Shown here piece after piece: positions 1-13,300 of a DNA stretch of 64,000 nt (its first letter is position 1; each line of letters begins with the position of its first letter). Origin of the DNA: Paraglomus brasilianum (lineage: Eukaryota); assembly GCA_910592345.1 (NCBI GenBank), contig CAJVPI010000005.1, forward strand, positions 1 to 64,000, read 5' to 3'. The notes under the pieces are model-generated. The model worked only from the letters and a program-made list of their open reading frames with translations, was not told where the DNA came from and searched no databases. The position numbers were made by a program, and so were the translations under genes.

Positions 1-249
1 TAGTTAACTTTCAGCCACACCAGCCTCTTATTTCAGAATGTTCACTTTGTCTGGTTTTGTTGCAGTCTGCCCCATATATGGTTTTTGGAGGTTCTTTTGA
101 AGAAAATAGTTTTTTTTCCAACTCTTTCCGTTCTTTCTTCTAAGATTTAGTTCGTTGTTTTTGCTATTATCTTCAAATTTCCAGTGTTTTGGTCTACCTG
201 AGTTGTTTTAATGGTAGAAATTTGTTGCTCATTTTCAACCTTCCTTCTA

Positions 250-2018
250 CAGAATTTTTTCAAGCAATATGCTTTTTTTCTTCTCAGCAGAAAGTTTTTT
301 AAATTGGTCTATAAAGCATTTACTATTACTACATACTCATTGGTTTTCAGTTGTGGGAAGAATTTCAATAAAAACTTGCACTTCTGATGTATTTTTTATA
401 TATCTTCCCATAGTTTGTAAATTTATAATAATTTCTATTATTTAAATTAAAAGCGGAATATTCATTCAAAATTAGACAGAGAACTTAATGACAGTAAGAA
501 AATTTAATGCAGGTTGAAATAATTAGTAGTAGAGGATTTAGTTTAAATATTTTATTCATTACCAGTATAGGTTGGTCTTGGACAAGTAAAGTCATCTCTG
601 ACAAATGCACGAATGTTTTGGTAAAGATACTCTTTTGTAAGAGGGTTTAGTATTAGGATGGAAAAGGATTTAATTTCTTTGAAACACTTGCTTTTCTGGT
701 TTTCAATAAATTAAGTACCATTTGCAACCAGTTGGGCTTTGACAACTCCAGGATTGGCTATTTCAAATATAAAATGCTGATATTTTTGTAAGCCATTTAA
801 TTTTTTAAAGAAAATTCCCAACACTGAATCAAGATCTAAGTATTGAAAACCTTTTCCGTTGTCATAACGCTGAGCTTTATTTAATCCGGCTGTACTTAAT
901 TTTTCACAACTTCAACAATATAATCCATGCAATCTACTGATATCTTGCAGTATGGTTTCTTAATCAATCTAAAACTATCATCACACTTGAATTTAGTATG
1001 TCCAGGTACCATTCAATGCTTTCATAGTAATCGCAGATTACTGGGTATAGGTAAAATCAAATAGTGGCATTATTTTTATTCTGTCCTCCCGCATTATCAC
1101 AAGTAATCTTTAAATGCTTTTTGCTTTTGTTCAATTTCTTTATTCCATTAGGACCTTTGCCAATAATCTCGTCTTCATCGAGAACGTAATTAATTTGTTC
1201 ACGAACTGCTTCATTTTGGATGCCAAATAAATGTACTTAGCTAAATCCCAGCTTATTTCAAGTGGTATAAATTTACTTCCATATAGTGGGAATAGGCAGA
1301 CCATCGAATAATCCATATCGAGAATAACAAAGTTGAAAGCGTCTATCAGCTACCAGGTAATAATTACCGTCGTCCTTGCTAAGCCCTTTATCATCTCATT
1401 GCGTCTCTCAAGCCACACTTCTGAAAAAATAGAGTTGTACTTGGGTGTTGGAAGTGAATGTATTCTAGCAAATTCATCTAGAAACGCTGGTGTACATTGT
1501 TCGCTCTTTCCGATTATTGATAGAGTTATCGTGCGTAGCGTAATGAATGGTCTGATCGATACTTGGTACTATGTAACGAAACTCCGAGTAAGTCAATTGC
1601 TTGATATCCTGAAACTTCAACTTTTGCATTTGATGACGACATGGTTTTTCTGTAAGAATTTTTTTTTGATATAAGATTGACCGCAGACTTGATGTAAAAA
1701 TTGATATTAAGGGTATATTTTATGAGAGATCCTTTCTGTAGCCATACTGTGTATATAAGTTGAGATCCACATTGATAAATTAAGACTTTTACCGGAGATT
1801 AGTATTAGTATTTGAGGAAAATTCAAATTTATGAAATATGAACATTTTTAACATTAACTCTATTGCTATGAGCATGTAGTAACTACTATTCTGCGGGAGG
1901 TTCTTGGGAGTTGACTGGCGGCCTTATTACAGGCAGAAAAATGGCTGCTTACAACTTCAAAAATGTCTTACCAAAAAGTATGACTTAAAAACACCCCCAG
2001 TTCTTAACTATTTCTGTA
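250..2018 (-). mobile_element. Degenerate DNA transposon, Sola-like DDD transposase relic
   Basis: Minus-strand fragments VHLFGIQNEAVREQINYVLDEDEIIGKGPNG (~1143-1237), TCDNAGGQNKNNAT (~1066-1105) and MVPGHTKFKCD (~980-1012) resemble the DNCxGQNKN and GHTK motifs of Sola-type transposases. Stops and frameshifts are present. Boundaries are approximate. Confidence 0.65.
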
Positions 2019-2264
2019 CATTAAAAATTAAATCCAGAATGTTTGACTAGATTATTACATACTCAGTGCAAGTATTCACATTGGTACTTAAGATGTCAAC
2101 TAATCTTATTATTGTCAATTTGAAAACATTCAAACATTGAAATTAACCACTCATCACTGTCACATTGCAAAAGTTAATCTCTCCTTACTATTACCGAGAG
2201 CCAAGATAAATTTTTCGAAAATTCATTCGATTTTATTATGTTACCGTAAATCATGTCAATCACA

Positions 2265-3527
2265 TTAATACTTATATGAAGCGTCCAATCTATTTCGTAA
2301 ATGCTGTCCAGCGGTAAGTACGTGACCATCACTCGAATTTACTTCCACTCTACCAACCACTAGTTTACTGGGTATCGGTTCCAACGAAACATCATCAGCC
2401 GCGTGACAAAAGTATGCAACACTATATCGATCCAACAGGAGATTATCGTGACGAAAAACCACGCGATGCTTTGTTGATCGAAACAATCCTCCGCTCCAAG
2501 ATTCTAACAGATCGCCTATATTTACAAGCACACACTCTGGTATCACCGGAGCAGATATCCATTGGTCGTCACTAGAGAATACTTCCAAACCACCAACATC
2601 TTTTTGAAAGAGAAGCGTCAGCGAGCCGTAGTCAGAATGACTATAGGATAATGAAAATGTGAATCAAAAATGTTGTCAAACTACGTCCAATGAGCCGCAT
2701 CTGAATAATCGAATATCTCTTACCTGCCAGCACGTATATCATCATTGTTGATGCTCTCTACAGCGGGATAGTGCAACACTCGCAGTATGTCACCCGATTC
2801 AAGTTCATATAAATGTCGTTTTGTGAACCAGTCCTTTCCTCCCTCCGTCTCTGGTATCTCTAAAGCAATTGCAAATGCTTCCAATATCTTCAAACATAGG
2901 TTATGACATACCTGTTGTATATTGGAAAGACACGTAACTACAAGTTTTCAAGGTCGATATAATAACCATAGTAATATCTCTACATTACCCTTGAAAACTT
3001 TGCCAAGAAATCTTTCTGCTGCGCCAAAGTTGCTGGCAATTCTTGTGAACAATCTCCACCTACGAACTTTCCAAAATTAAACGCTCTTTGGAATATCAAA
3101 CAACAATCGAGGCAGCAAGGCCGGTACGTGTTATCAAACACATGATATCACTCTCCTTACTCTTTAAAATCGCCAGTTTTTTGTGTTTCTGTATCCAGAG
3201 TTTCCTGATGGATTGCAGAATAACCAAAGTTGTCTCTTTTGATCCCGTGTTCAAGTTTTGTTTCCGTTGGGAGTGAAAAATATTCTTGGGACTGCGGCGG
3301 ATAAAAAAATAAGATGTTTTAACAAATAGACGGATAGAGCTCTGAGCACCCCATTTCATCCTTACAACGGCAAATATATTATCGATATCGGATTGATCAA
3401 TTCCATGATGCCGGAGGTAAAAGAAACCAATTGAGACACACGCCTCTTTAATCTGCTGCGCGCATGTCAATATCTCTGTTTCAAACAGAGAGAAATCAAT
3501 GATTGGGATATTATGCATGCTAGTCAT
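2265..3527 (-). CDS. 2-oxoglutarate/Fe(II)-dependent dioxygenase (isopenicillin N synthase-like, DIOX_N + 2OG-FeII_Oxy), 5 exons
   Basis: N-term IPIIDFS..ACVSIGFFYLRHHGI, then LRVLHYP, RAG(S)HSDYGSLTLLFQ (HxD), VNIGDLLESWSGGLFRSTKHRV (distal His) and RYS 2OG-binding motif. GT-AG introns link the exons. Confidence 0.92.
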
Positions 3528-4141
3528 TTGCAAGTTTCTTGTTGCAGAGAATGAATACTTATATGGATCGACATGCATCATCATTACGATTTGCTAAGCC
3601 ACACAATAACGCGCGGGCACGGATATTTATATTAATTAACTATTGGGGATCTCTGTGTATCTATTTATATTACACTGCAATGTTCGCAGTATTTCACTAT
3701 ATACAGTGGGCTTGGAGATCAAAAATCCGACAGCTTTCTACACTATAATAATAACGAAGAATCGCTTACTTTCACAGAACTTCAGGGGAGGGGAAAATAA
3801 CGAATTATCCCATTGGAAAGTTTATTTATAGTTATTTCGACTAATTGTTAGCATTATAGAATAAAATTAAAGTATCAAACAGACTTGTTCCGCGTTCCGC
3901 GTTCCGACATCCCACATTCCACATACAACCAACGAAGCTAGCTTATGCCCCTTCACCAATGATTCTGACTCTCCACTATATCGAACGAAACTACACATAT
4001 ACATAGTCAACCCCGTTTAACCGAAGGACTAAGTAAAACCCCGCTAACCGAAGGTAAGTTCTAAAACCTCTATATTAAATTTACCCCGATAAACCATTAA
4101 AAGCCATTGTGTATACTTTGTTACCAGCCACCCAAACAGAT

Positions 4142-5467
4142 ATGGAATTAGCAAAGAAACCATTACTACTTCTATCTATAATTCTCGTTTCGATCTCATT
4201 ATCAGTTCCAGCAAAGGACTCGTTGCCTACTCCATCACTTCCGGAACCTGTTTACAATCTACTTTTTTTCGGGAGTCTCGCTGTATTCATCATTAACTCG
4301 TACGATCGTCCTTCATCACTTTTTCAATGGATCACACTACTGACTTCCATGATCTCGTTTATCACCGTTCCGCTAGTGTATGCACGACAGTATTCATGCA
4401 CTACTAAATCACTGACTACAACAATGGCCGGTTCATTTGGTGTCAAGATGCTGATATGGCTAAAAGGCTGTCTTGAATCACCTAAAACCGTAACTACATT
4501 CTGGTGGAGTTTGATGAACTGGCGAACAATCAAACCCTCAGACAAGGATCAACAGCGCAAACTCCCAAAATCGGTATCTTTAGAAGAACGATTTATTTCA
4601 TTTATTACCGTGTGGGCGATCTACGTTCTCTGCGTTGAAATTCTTGAACTCTTCCCACCTGAAGTACCAAGCAAGCCCTATCCACTCCGAGTAATCGATT
4701 TCATTCGCACGGGAAAACCGTTCATATCTCTGCACGCGTTATTGTATTGCTACTTTTACGGAGGGACACTTGCAATATCCATGTCATTCCTCTACGAATT
4801 GATCTTATTACACGCGGCAATACTCTTCCGCGTTCTCTCCATGAAACCAAACACTCCATTACACGCACTTCTCACGCCCTCTCAACAAGAATCCCTAAAG
4901 GAATGGTTAAGTTCCCTCTTATTCCATGCAAAGCCACTCTTCAATCATCCAATTCTATCTTCTAGTCCAATCGACTTCTGGAAAAACAGATGGCACTCTG
5001 CATGTACGGAAAGCTTTAGCAACCTAGGTGGCATATTCGCCAGAAGATTCAGGAAAGGAACACGCATAAGAAAAATGATGGAAGTTGTGGGGACGTTTTT
5101 TGTAAGCGCGGTGGTACATGAGTACTATTCAAATGCGGTGCATGGAAAGAGCAAAGGAGAACATTTCTCTTTCATTTTGTTTCATGCATTAATACTTATT
5201 GTCTGGGAGAACGTTTGGGGAATGTGGAGGCATTTGGGAGTTGGTGAAAGAAAAGGACACAATATAGAGGATGAGAAAAAGGGGAGGGAAGATAAAGGTG
5301 CTGAGAAGAAGATGTTAAAACAGGTAGCGAAGATATTGGTATGGAATCTGATATCACTGTTCACTGCTCCATGGTTCTTTGAACGTTATATCAGAGATGA
5401 ATATTATCATTGCATGGTTCATTTGGTGTGTGTGAAGGACACGGTAGTTTCGGCATCTGCATATTGA
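4142..5467 (+). CDS. Membrane-bound O-acyltransferase, wax synthase/MBOAT_2 type (intronless)
   Basis: Multiple hydrophobic helices, PLFNHPILSSSPIDFWKNRWH motif and catalytic-His region TFFVSAVVHEY. ATG at 4142. Confidence 0.85.
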   Translation: MELAKKPLLLLSIILVSISLSVPAKDSLPTPSLPEPVYNLLFFGSLAVFIINSYDRPSSLFQWITLLTSMISFITVPLVYARQYSCTTKSLTTTMAGSFGVKMLIWLKGCLESPKTVTTFWWSLMNWRTIKPSDKDQQRKLPKSVSLEERFISFITVWAIYVLCVEILELFPPEVPSKPYPLRVIDFIRTGKPFISLHALLYCYFYGGTLAISMSFLYELILLHAAILFRVLSMKPNTPLHALLTPSQQESLKEWLSSLLFHAKPLFNHPILSSSPIDFWKNRWHSACTESFSNLGGIFARRFRKGTRIRKMMEVVGTFFVSAVVHEYYSNAVHGKSKGEHFSFILFHALILIVWENVWGMWRHLGVGERKGHNIEDEKKGREDKGAEKKMLKQVAKILVWNLISLFTAPWFFERYIRDEYYHCMVHLVCVKDTVVSASAY

Positions 5468-5644
5468 GCATTAAGAATAATGATATATCAGAACTGATTA
5501 CATAGAACGTCAATTTCCAAAAACATTGAATGTAAATTAATTATCCCTACATTCACGTTATCATAAGTATAAAAATACATTTACAGTATCGTCATTCGCT
5601 AAGAAATCCCGTCTCTCATTCTATGCTACAGATTCTTTCAGTTC

Positions 5645-6534
5645 TCAGTCGCTCGGTGGATTAGGAAACAGTAATTCATGATTCTTCTCGCTCTCCTGCT
5701 CGTTTCGTTGCTCATTCCCTTGCTCCATCTTCTGTTTCTCGTCTCTGCTCGCATCCTTCTCTCTGACTTCCATTCTCGCAACATTAGTCAATTCTCTCAA
5801 TACCTCATTCTCGATCAACAAGCTTTTCACGAGTGCAATTGTTTCCGGGTCATTTTGATAACCAACTGCTTTTCTCAAAATCTCGGCAACGCTGACTATC
5901 TTTGCTTGTAATAGCGCATTTTCCTTCTCCAATTGATCACGTTTAACACGTTCAGCCAAGATGAGGTTTTCATGTTCCCGTTGTAAATCGAGTTTGTTCT
6001 GTTGAATGCGATAAGAATGTAGACGAAATTTGCTCATAAGGTATTGAAGAGTTGTCTCGTATTCTTTGACAGTAGAAGAGAGATATGCATTTTCCGATAG
6101 TAAAGATTCATGTTCGAGGGTAAGGCGGGTATTGAAGACTTTTGGAGGGTCGGTATCTGACGGAAGGTTGGGAACTAAGATTGTATGATTGAGAGAATAG
6201 AAAGAGATAATATTGTGAAAATGGAATTTGGTGCAAAAAAACGACGATACAGTTGAAAAATCGACATAAACATACGTCTAAAGTTTGCACGTATCAAAGG
6301 ACTTGTATATTGAGCACAGCGTAGCTGTAATGGGAGGTTAAAGGCTTTGTCAATTTACCAGGCGACAATTTTTTTGTTAGCAGTTCCTTACTTTACCTTT
6401 AAATCATTGAGCTCTTCCAAAAGTGAGCTCATGTTCTCACGACCTTTTGCGAGCTCGGCACTAAGCTCCTCAACGAGGTGCATCACTTCGTATAATTCAT
6501 CATCCTCGTCGTATTCTGTTGTGTTTGGTGTCAT
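5645..6534 (-). CDS. SIKE/FGFR1OP2-family small coiled-coil protein (putative STRIPAK subunit)
   Basis: Exon 1 reads MTPNTTEYDEDDELYEVMHLVEELSAELAKGRENMSSLLEELNDLK. The last exon has ENAYLSSTVKEYETTLQYLMSKFR, resembling the SIKE core ENxxLxxxLEEHQSALELIMSKYR. Coiled-coil throughout. Confidence 0.65.
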
Positions 6535-6695
6535 TTTGACAAGAGTCCAAAGACTCAACCGGTCGATAATGTAGAACTTTATTGTCTAACGTCCAGGAAG
6601 TAAATTCCCCATTTGTATCACCCCACGTTACGCAACATTATTGGGTGTATACATCGCTTGTTTGAATGGGTCACACAATCTCGAGCATCTCTGTC

Positions 6696-7552
6696 ATGTC
6701 ACAACCAACCCAGCAACAGTCTCAACAATCTCAACAATTTCCTCGAGATTCTCGTATAATACAGTTAATATGTGATTCATTGGGGGTTAGAGATCATGAA
6801 CCGAAAGTGGTTCAGCAGTTGCTGGAGTTTGCACATCGTCAGTATTGATCGACTGTGATAGTTTGGAATGATCCATCCATGACACTTTTGCTGCTTCGTT
6901 TGTAGGATACACTATAGACGTTTTACAGGACGCACTTATTTACGCGGAGCATGCGGGCAGGACTGATATTAATGTGAATGACGTTAAACTCGCTATAAAA
7001 GGACGGGTGAATTATTCGTTTACTGCTCCGCCACGAAGAGATGTAAGCATATTGTGAATTGCGAATTTTTACATGTATCAATTGAATCAGGACTAATCAC
7101 GCAAACACATTTTATTCAAGTTCATATACGAATTAGCAAAGGCGCAGAACGGAGTACCTCTTCCGCCCGTACCAGAACGTTATGGCTTGCGTCTTCCTCA
7201 TGAGAAATATTGTCTGACAGCAGTAAACTTTCAAATAGTTCCGCCAGAAGTCAGTAAAACAATTGAAAAAATTATTCTCTTTTCGATTCAACTCACTATT
7301 TCAATGCATATATTCCCTTCCCTACAGTCCAAAACTGTTGTAAGACCCCTTCCAGCTGTCCCGATTGCTCCGCCACCTCCTCCAACACAAGATGAAGAAA
7401 GTGGAATTCCTCTTGGACTACAAGAGGGAGTGAACGATGCTGATAAAGATACCGAAATGCCAGATGTTGTAAACACGCCTATAAGTTCTGCTGCTAGTCC
7501 ACAGAAGGCCCCCGTGCGGACAGAGGATGATGACTATGATTATGATTTTTAA
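6696..7552 (+). CDS. TAF9: TFIID/SAGA subunit TAF9 (histone fold), 4 exons
   Basis: PRDSRIIQLICDSLGVRDHEPKVVQQLLEFAHR|YTIDVLQDALIYAEHAGR..DVKLAI..VNYSF, then PLPPVPERYGLRLPHEKYCLTAVNF. Confidence 0.95.
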
Positions 7553-7722
7553 TTACTCATTAATAAAAAAGATGCGTTTTGTTCGAAACCAATTTTTATT
7601 ATAGAGAACTGCGCATAAAATTGAAGCAACGATGCACAGCAACAAGGCTTTATTTAACATATAACAATAGGATAATAATACATTATTATTTCACACTATC
7701 ATTATTAGCATCGAATAACAGT

Positions 7723-9617
7723 TCATATAACAGCCTTCTTCAAGCGATTAATAGGAGCTTTATGTTCAAGCAACATGTCGTTATTTGGGGGAAGCCCAAT
7801 GCAGGCTCGGAAAAGATTTTCCATGGCCATGCGCTGCTTGCTAAACGCATTAACGACAGGAGTACCCGGCGGTACGAGAGGTGCTTTGAGCATGAAGCTA
7901 AGAATGGAAAGAACCGAATGGAACGGTGCAAATTCCGACATCTCTTCAGTGCGATATTCAATACGGGTCATGAGTTCGGCAAGTATAGCGAGGTCTAGAA
8001 TAAGAGGAGATGCAAGAAGAGAATCTTCGCAAGTGTTGTAGAGAGAAATAGTCTGTAAAATAAAATGGAAACGTGTGTTAATTAGTAAAATGAGAAACGA
8101 TTGACAATCTTTTGCAAGATAATTATATGAGTTTAATTGAATGAGATTTTACTTACATTCCTTCCACCCATGAAGATCTCTGATACATACTCATCGAGAG
8201 CTCGCTTGGAATCACCAACAGCGGGAACATACTTGATTACGACAACTGTTTGGAAGACAAAGTAAATACAAAAGGTCAAACGCGAATTCGTAGTGCATAT
8301 TTTTGGTACTCACCATGATCAGGATGTTCTCCCGGTTTATACAAGATCTTGTTAGAGTTAACCATATCATCGACAACGTTACTCTTTGAAATTTCCTTGG
8401 ATCTAAACTGCTGAGGAGCCGACAAGTTCTTGCCATCGTTATTCCCCAAATGATTGTAACTCGTAATTCCAATGGGCTTAATACCAGAATTAACCAAGAA
8501 ATCAACCAAGACGGACTTGACTTTAGTTTGTCCCGACTTGAAGTCATCGCCGCCAATGTATACGCGGTTTCTTTCAGCTAATTCGACACACCCCGGTACG
8601 AATGTATTCTGAGGAGATCCATTGATGAACGGTACATTTTCGAGGATACAGGCGATAGCAAAAATTGTAGAGGGTGCAATCTCTGGATGAGATTCTTTGA
8701 CAGCGTTGAGCAGATTATCGGCAGTATCGTTTACTCCTGGTATGATGTCGGCATATCTTTCGGTATTCGCAGTCCAGACCACAATAATTTTATCGAGTTG
8801 ATTAGCAGCTTTAAACTGACGAATGTCCTTTCTGATGTGCTCGACGTGAGCATTCTTGTCGTTACCAGGAATCAAGTTATCAGCACGATCGCTCTGATTG
8901 GCGGCAATGAAATCAGGATAGTAAATGGATGGCAATGGTTTCAATTTCTCTAACTCGGGAGCAACCTGTCGCTGAAGATCGTAATCGAGAACACATGCTC
9001 TTTGCATCGACTTGGCTAAATCGAAGGAACTGATGTCCCAACCGCCAAGAACAAGATCATTCGGGTGGACCATGGGCAAGATGTTGCTGAACGGAATATT
9101 GACATCTTTACCTTTCTCGTCTACTCCAATTTTGAGAGTAGATGCTTGCACGACAGAACCAAAATAGTTAGGTGTCTTTATACCATCTTTGGTTCGCCAA
9201 GTGATATTGTTCCGGTTCGCGACAATACTGGCTGTTAGGGTAGAACCATTGTTCCCTCCCCATCCAACCATCATTAAACTAATTGAGTAGCGACATGATT
9301 GAGAAAAGAAACAATTAGTGAAATCCTGGTAGTTATGATTCATAATCATCCCATATATATATTGCGATTAATACAATGAAATTTCGATGTACTACTCACC
9401 CAACCTTGGGCACTTTCAATTCTGTCTTGAAAGTATACTTTGTGTTGGTAGGGGTCACATTGATGCTTCCGCATTCATTAGATGTCACAATAGCATTGCT
9501 ATAAACATAATCAGCAATTATGTGATCATCGGTATAACGGACATTCGAGGCATTCACCTTGAATGCAGATGGTGGTAGACTCCCAATGGGAGTGGAATCG
9601 GAGGCGTGAGGCGGCAT
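7723..9617 (-). CDS. INO1: Myo-inositol-1-phosphate synthase, 4 exons
   Basis: Hallmark motifs [65 protein letters not shown] and [16 protein letters not shown]. Confidence 0.98.
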
Positions 9618-9710
9618 CTAAGGAACGTGGGATTAAGAACTGTACTCGGTTTTGAACCTTGCGCTGCAAACAGATCGTCGCCCCGAATAGGGGTTATGGG
9701 TCGAATGAAG

Positions 9711-10360
9711 TAAATTACTGAACGTGGTGGCGAATATGTGTTTTACGAACTAGAAAGTGTAGACGCTTAACCAGAAAGTGTAGACGCTTAACCTATTAAA
9801 TTTGTTACAAGACGCTCTGACCTTTTTGGAAAGAGAAGAGTTGTGTCAGTTTGTGGGGGGCGAATTTTTTTTCTTATATTAATAAAATTTGTGTTACTTG
9901 AAATAATACGAGATTGGACGACTATTGTTAGCGTTAGACGACTATTATTAGCTCGTCGGGTAAATTACTGAATGATGGGCAAAATACATAGTGAAACTCG
10001 ATAAGTCGGCTGGGCATGGTTACCCGACTTATCCGACTTGGAGAAAGGATTTTAATAAAAGGGCAGAGAGATTTTATCCGACTTGTTGAGTTTCACTATG
10101 TATATGTGTTTGCGAAGTAGAACTAGAAAATGTAGACACTTAACCTATTGGATTTGTTTACAAGATTTGCACTCTGGAGGAAAGAGATAGTTGTGTAATT
10201 ATAGTTGTGCGAGTGTGTAATTATAGTTGTGCGTATTAGTATGTGTAATTATAGTTTGTCGTAATTATAGTTGTGTGGGTGGGGGGCGAAGTTTTTTCTT
10301 ATATTGTAAAAATTTGTGTTACTTTCTGCAATAAACCCGACCCGAAATGATACGAGATTA
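9711..10360. repeat. Diverged tandem duplication (~250 bp unit) upstream of INO1, with internal short tandem repeats
   Basis: Copy 1 (~9711-9920) and copy 2 (~9961-10360) share TAAATTACTGAA, GAACTAGAAA.TGTAGAC.CTTAACCTATT, TTTGTTACAAGA, GGGGGGCGAA.TTTTTTCTTATATT, AAAATTTGTGTTACTT and ATACGAGATT. Confidence 0.85.
9987..10100. mobile_element. 114-bp MITE (Tc1/mariner-pogo type, TA target duplication)
   Basis: TIR CATAGTGAAACTC / GAGTTTCACTATG extending imperfectly (GATAAGTCGG / CCGACTTGTT). TA on both flanks. Confidence 0.88.
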
Positions 10361-13300
10361 GATGGTAAACCTTTACGATGCGTCTTTGCATAAAGGAATG
10401 ATCGAAAGTTATTTATATTAATAATATACTATTACTATCGTATTTTTTTTACTTTTGTTTACAATGGCTTCCGATGGGTTTATTGTGATCGTCATCACGA
10501 TTATCAGATTCCTTTATATAGTATCTTCATAGACCATGTGACGGCTATATATGTAATTTACTCGTATGTATAAAGTTAAACCATTATAATTGCATAGATA
10601 ATATATTAGTATTAGTATACAAACCATATCTGTGCGTAACCTGTCCTCATCGATAGCGTTATACTTTTCGAAAATTAGCTTTATATAATGCTTAAACCGT
10701 TGTTACTTACTATTACTATTACATAGTATACACAGAACTGCAGAGATCTTCGAATGAAAAAATTTTCGAATAGGTTGCTTCAAGCTCTTTTGCAACCCCA
10801 TGTGACAGAGCAGTGATTGGCTTGAATTCCTTGTGCACGTCAATACCGGAGAAAGGTATAATAATAATGAATGATAGCTTGACATTTTGGATGATAGGAA
10901 CAATACTAAAATTGGAATATTTTTCATGGTAACTGCATAAATACGTTTGTAATATAGGCCTTGTTAACAGTACTGATAATGAATAAATAATTTTATATCA
11001 CAATCGATCTTTGATTTTGCGTCTATATATTCTGTACACATAAGTTTGTTGCAACACCATGTGAATAGATGAAGAGATAAAAAGATAGATGTTGATAAGA
11101 CAATCATAATCATTTTCATATCTCTTACCAAATCCCTTGTTCTTGCCAAATCTATTCTTATCAGGCCGATAAGCCGATAAGCACAATGATCAACCTTTTT
11201 TTTTTAAGGAATTGTCAAAATGGGAAAAATAATAAAGAGGGAGATGAAATGTATGACAAGCAGATTTACCACGCTTTTTGTGTATCAATTGTTGCAGGAC
11301 GGAATGGAAATATCCTTTCGCCTGGGCTTAAAATAAATTGATTAAACAATAAATAATGACGCTTCCTGGGAAATGAATGCATTTGCCAATGCGCATTAGT
11401 ATATTCGCAATTCACAAGTCGTCAGAATAACGTCAGTTGTTTTACAAGACTATTATAGTTAATTCAAATAACGTTATCGAGACTTTCGGTAGAGTTTAGT
11501 CTGCAAATTCATAATAATGATTGTGCAACCTGATCCAAGTGATTACGGAACTGTGTCGTACATAACGGACCGGAGACTTGAAGATTTATACATTTGCTTG
11601 TCTGTCTGTTTCTGACACAACAGTGTTTACAATGGAGTACGCCATAGCATTATCGGCCACTGGGTTTATGTTATATCTGTTTATCAACGATATCAGTATT
11701 CACTGGGCAAATGTCAAGGTTCCACCGAGTCTCATATGATGGTATACATATCTCAATGGGCGCTGTAGCATGCAACTAACTATGAAATCACACGCGATTT
11801 TCAGAGCTCAGTGGTATCCGGTACGGAACAGTGGACTCGTAATTACATTTATCCAAATCACTATAGACTAACAACGCTTACGGGTGTCATAGAGGTATTT
11901 GTTGTATAGTACACAATTTGGTTGCTGCAAACTCTTTATTTACCGATTGTTATCTTCACTCGGGTAACTTCTAATCTAGGCACCTACCCCGGTCGCCCCG
12001 TCTTTTTTAATCTCATGCATGACAATGATACTGATATCTATGACAATCATTATTCCTGTGTTCGGGCTTTCACTGTTGAATATCATCCTCTAAGCCACTC
12101 GGGTTGCTAAAGGAACAGGCGGGATTGCTAAGCATTGCATATGCAAGAGATTATAATCAGTTCTATACAAATAAAAAAGGTAATCCATATAACCACTGTT
12201 GATATTTCTCCACTGTTGTCGGGACATAGTATTCAATCGAATGTGTCACAATCGGAGAAGAAAGGGAAACACAGTAAAGAGTGTGATTACACTAACAGAG
12301 TCTGAAAAGGCCGCGAGAACACAGAATAGAAGAAGCGTACGAGAGAACAGCACCTCATATGAGATATATACATATGACTCGTACATTCTTAAATTCCAAG
12401 TGATGAGTTAGAAACTATAATTCTTTGGTTTCCGCACCTAAAGACTACTTACATCCAGCGTCAGACGAAGCACAGAATTCAATGAGCTACCCAAGATCAA
12501 ATTGCCATATATTATTAATGTCCACACTTCTCACACTCTTGCCGTCTCTTTTACAAACAAACATATACACGCTACTCACGATTACGTGATTTGAAGATGG
12601 TCCATCAAGTGTGCCGTGTCCCGATATCATGTAAAGTGAATACATCGAGTATGTCAATTTTAGAAAGAATTAGCGATAGAATACACCACATACGGTGTAT
12701 ACTCTTAATTGTAAATGAATTATTGTATCGAGACTTTCCTGTGACTCCCCAAGGTAAATATCATACAGTGACCGAGAAAGCAAAACGCACTTTTCTGACG
12801 CTATACCGAGTATCTGCCACATGGATCGTAAAAACAATCCTCCACTATATTATGTACAAATTGATAATTCGAACTATTCAAGACTATTAATAAATTTATT
12901 TTCGTTTGAAGTAGTTATCTCGTAATTATGACGGTAAGTTGAAGTTCATCTGAACTACATTGAGCAGTACAAAGTTACGTCTAATTCTAATCCAAAATTC
13001 TTTCACCATTGCCCTCAATCTTAAATTACAGACAGTGAATGACACGCATTCAATCACTTACTTATTCGGTGTGTACTTCGTAATTGATTGAATAGTTATA
13101 CAGAATAACAGAATACAACTCTACTGTGACAATTTTATCTATTGTCTTTGGCTTCTAATTTTGCATTCAAAATATCAACAACAAAAACATGATACTTTCT
13201 TTATAGGGCATGATTTGAGGGACCTGGGACAAATAGTACCTAGTACCCAGGCACCAGATGTGGTAGTGGTAAGTCTCAAACTATCCAATGTGGACACATT

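Noticed and set aside
1333..1674. 113-aa plus-strand ORF
   Set aside because: It lies antisense to the transposase relic and has no recognisable motif.
10190..10277. Repeat-spacer pattern as CRISPR-like array
   Set aside because: Units and spacers are too short and irregular, the context is eukaryotic, and there are no cas genes.
11580..12110. Hydrophobic coding-like fragments (possible membrane-protein pseudogene)
   Set aside because: Frequent stops and no recognisable family motif.
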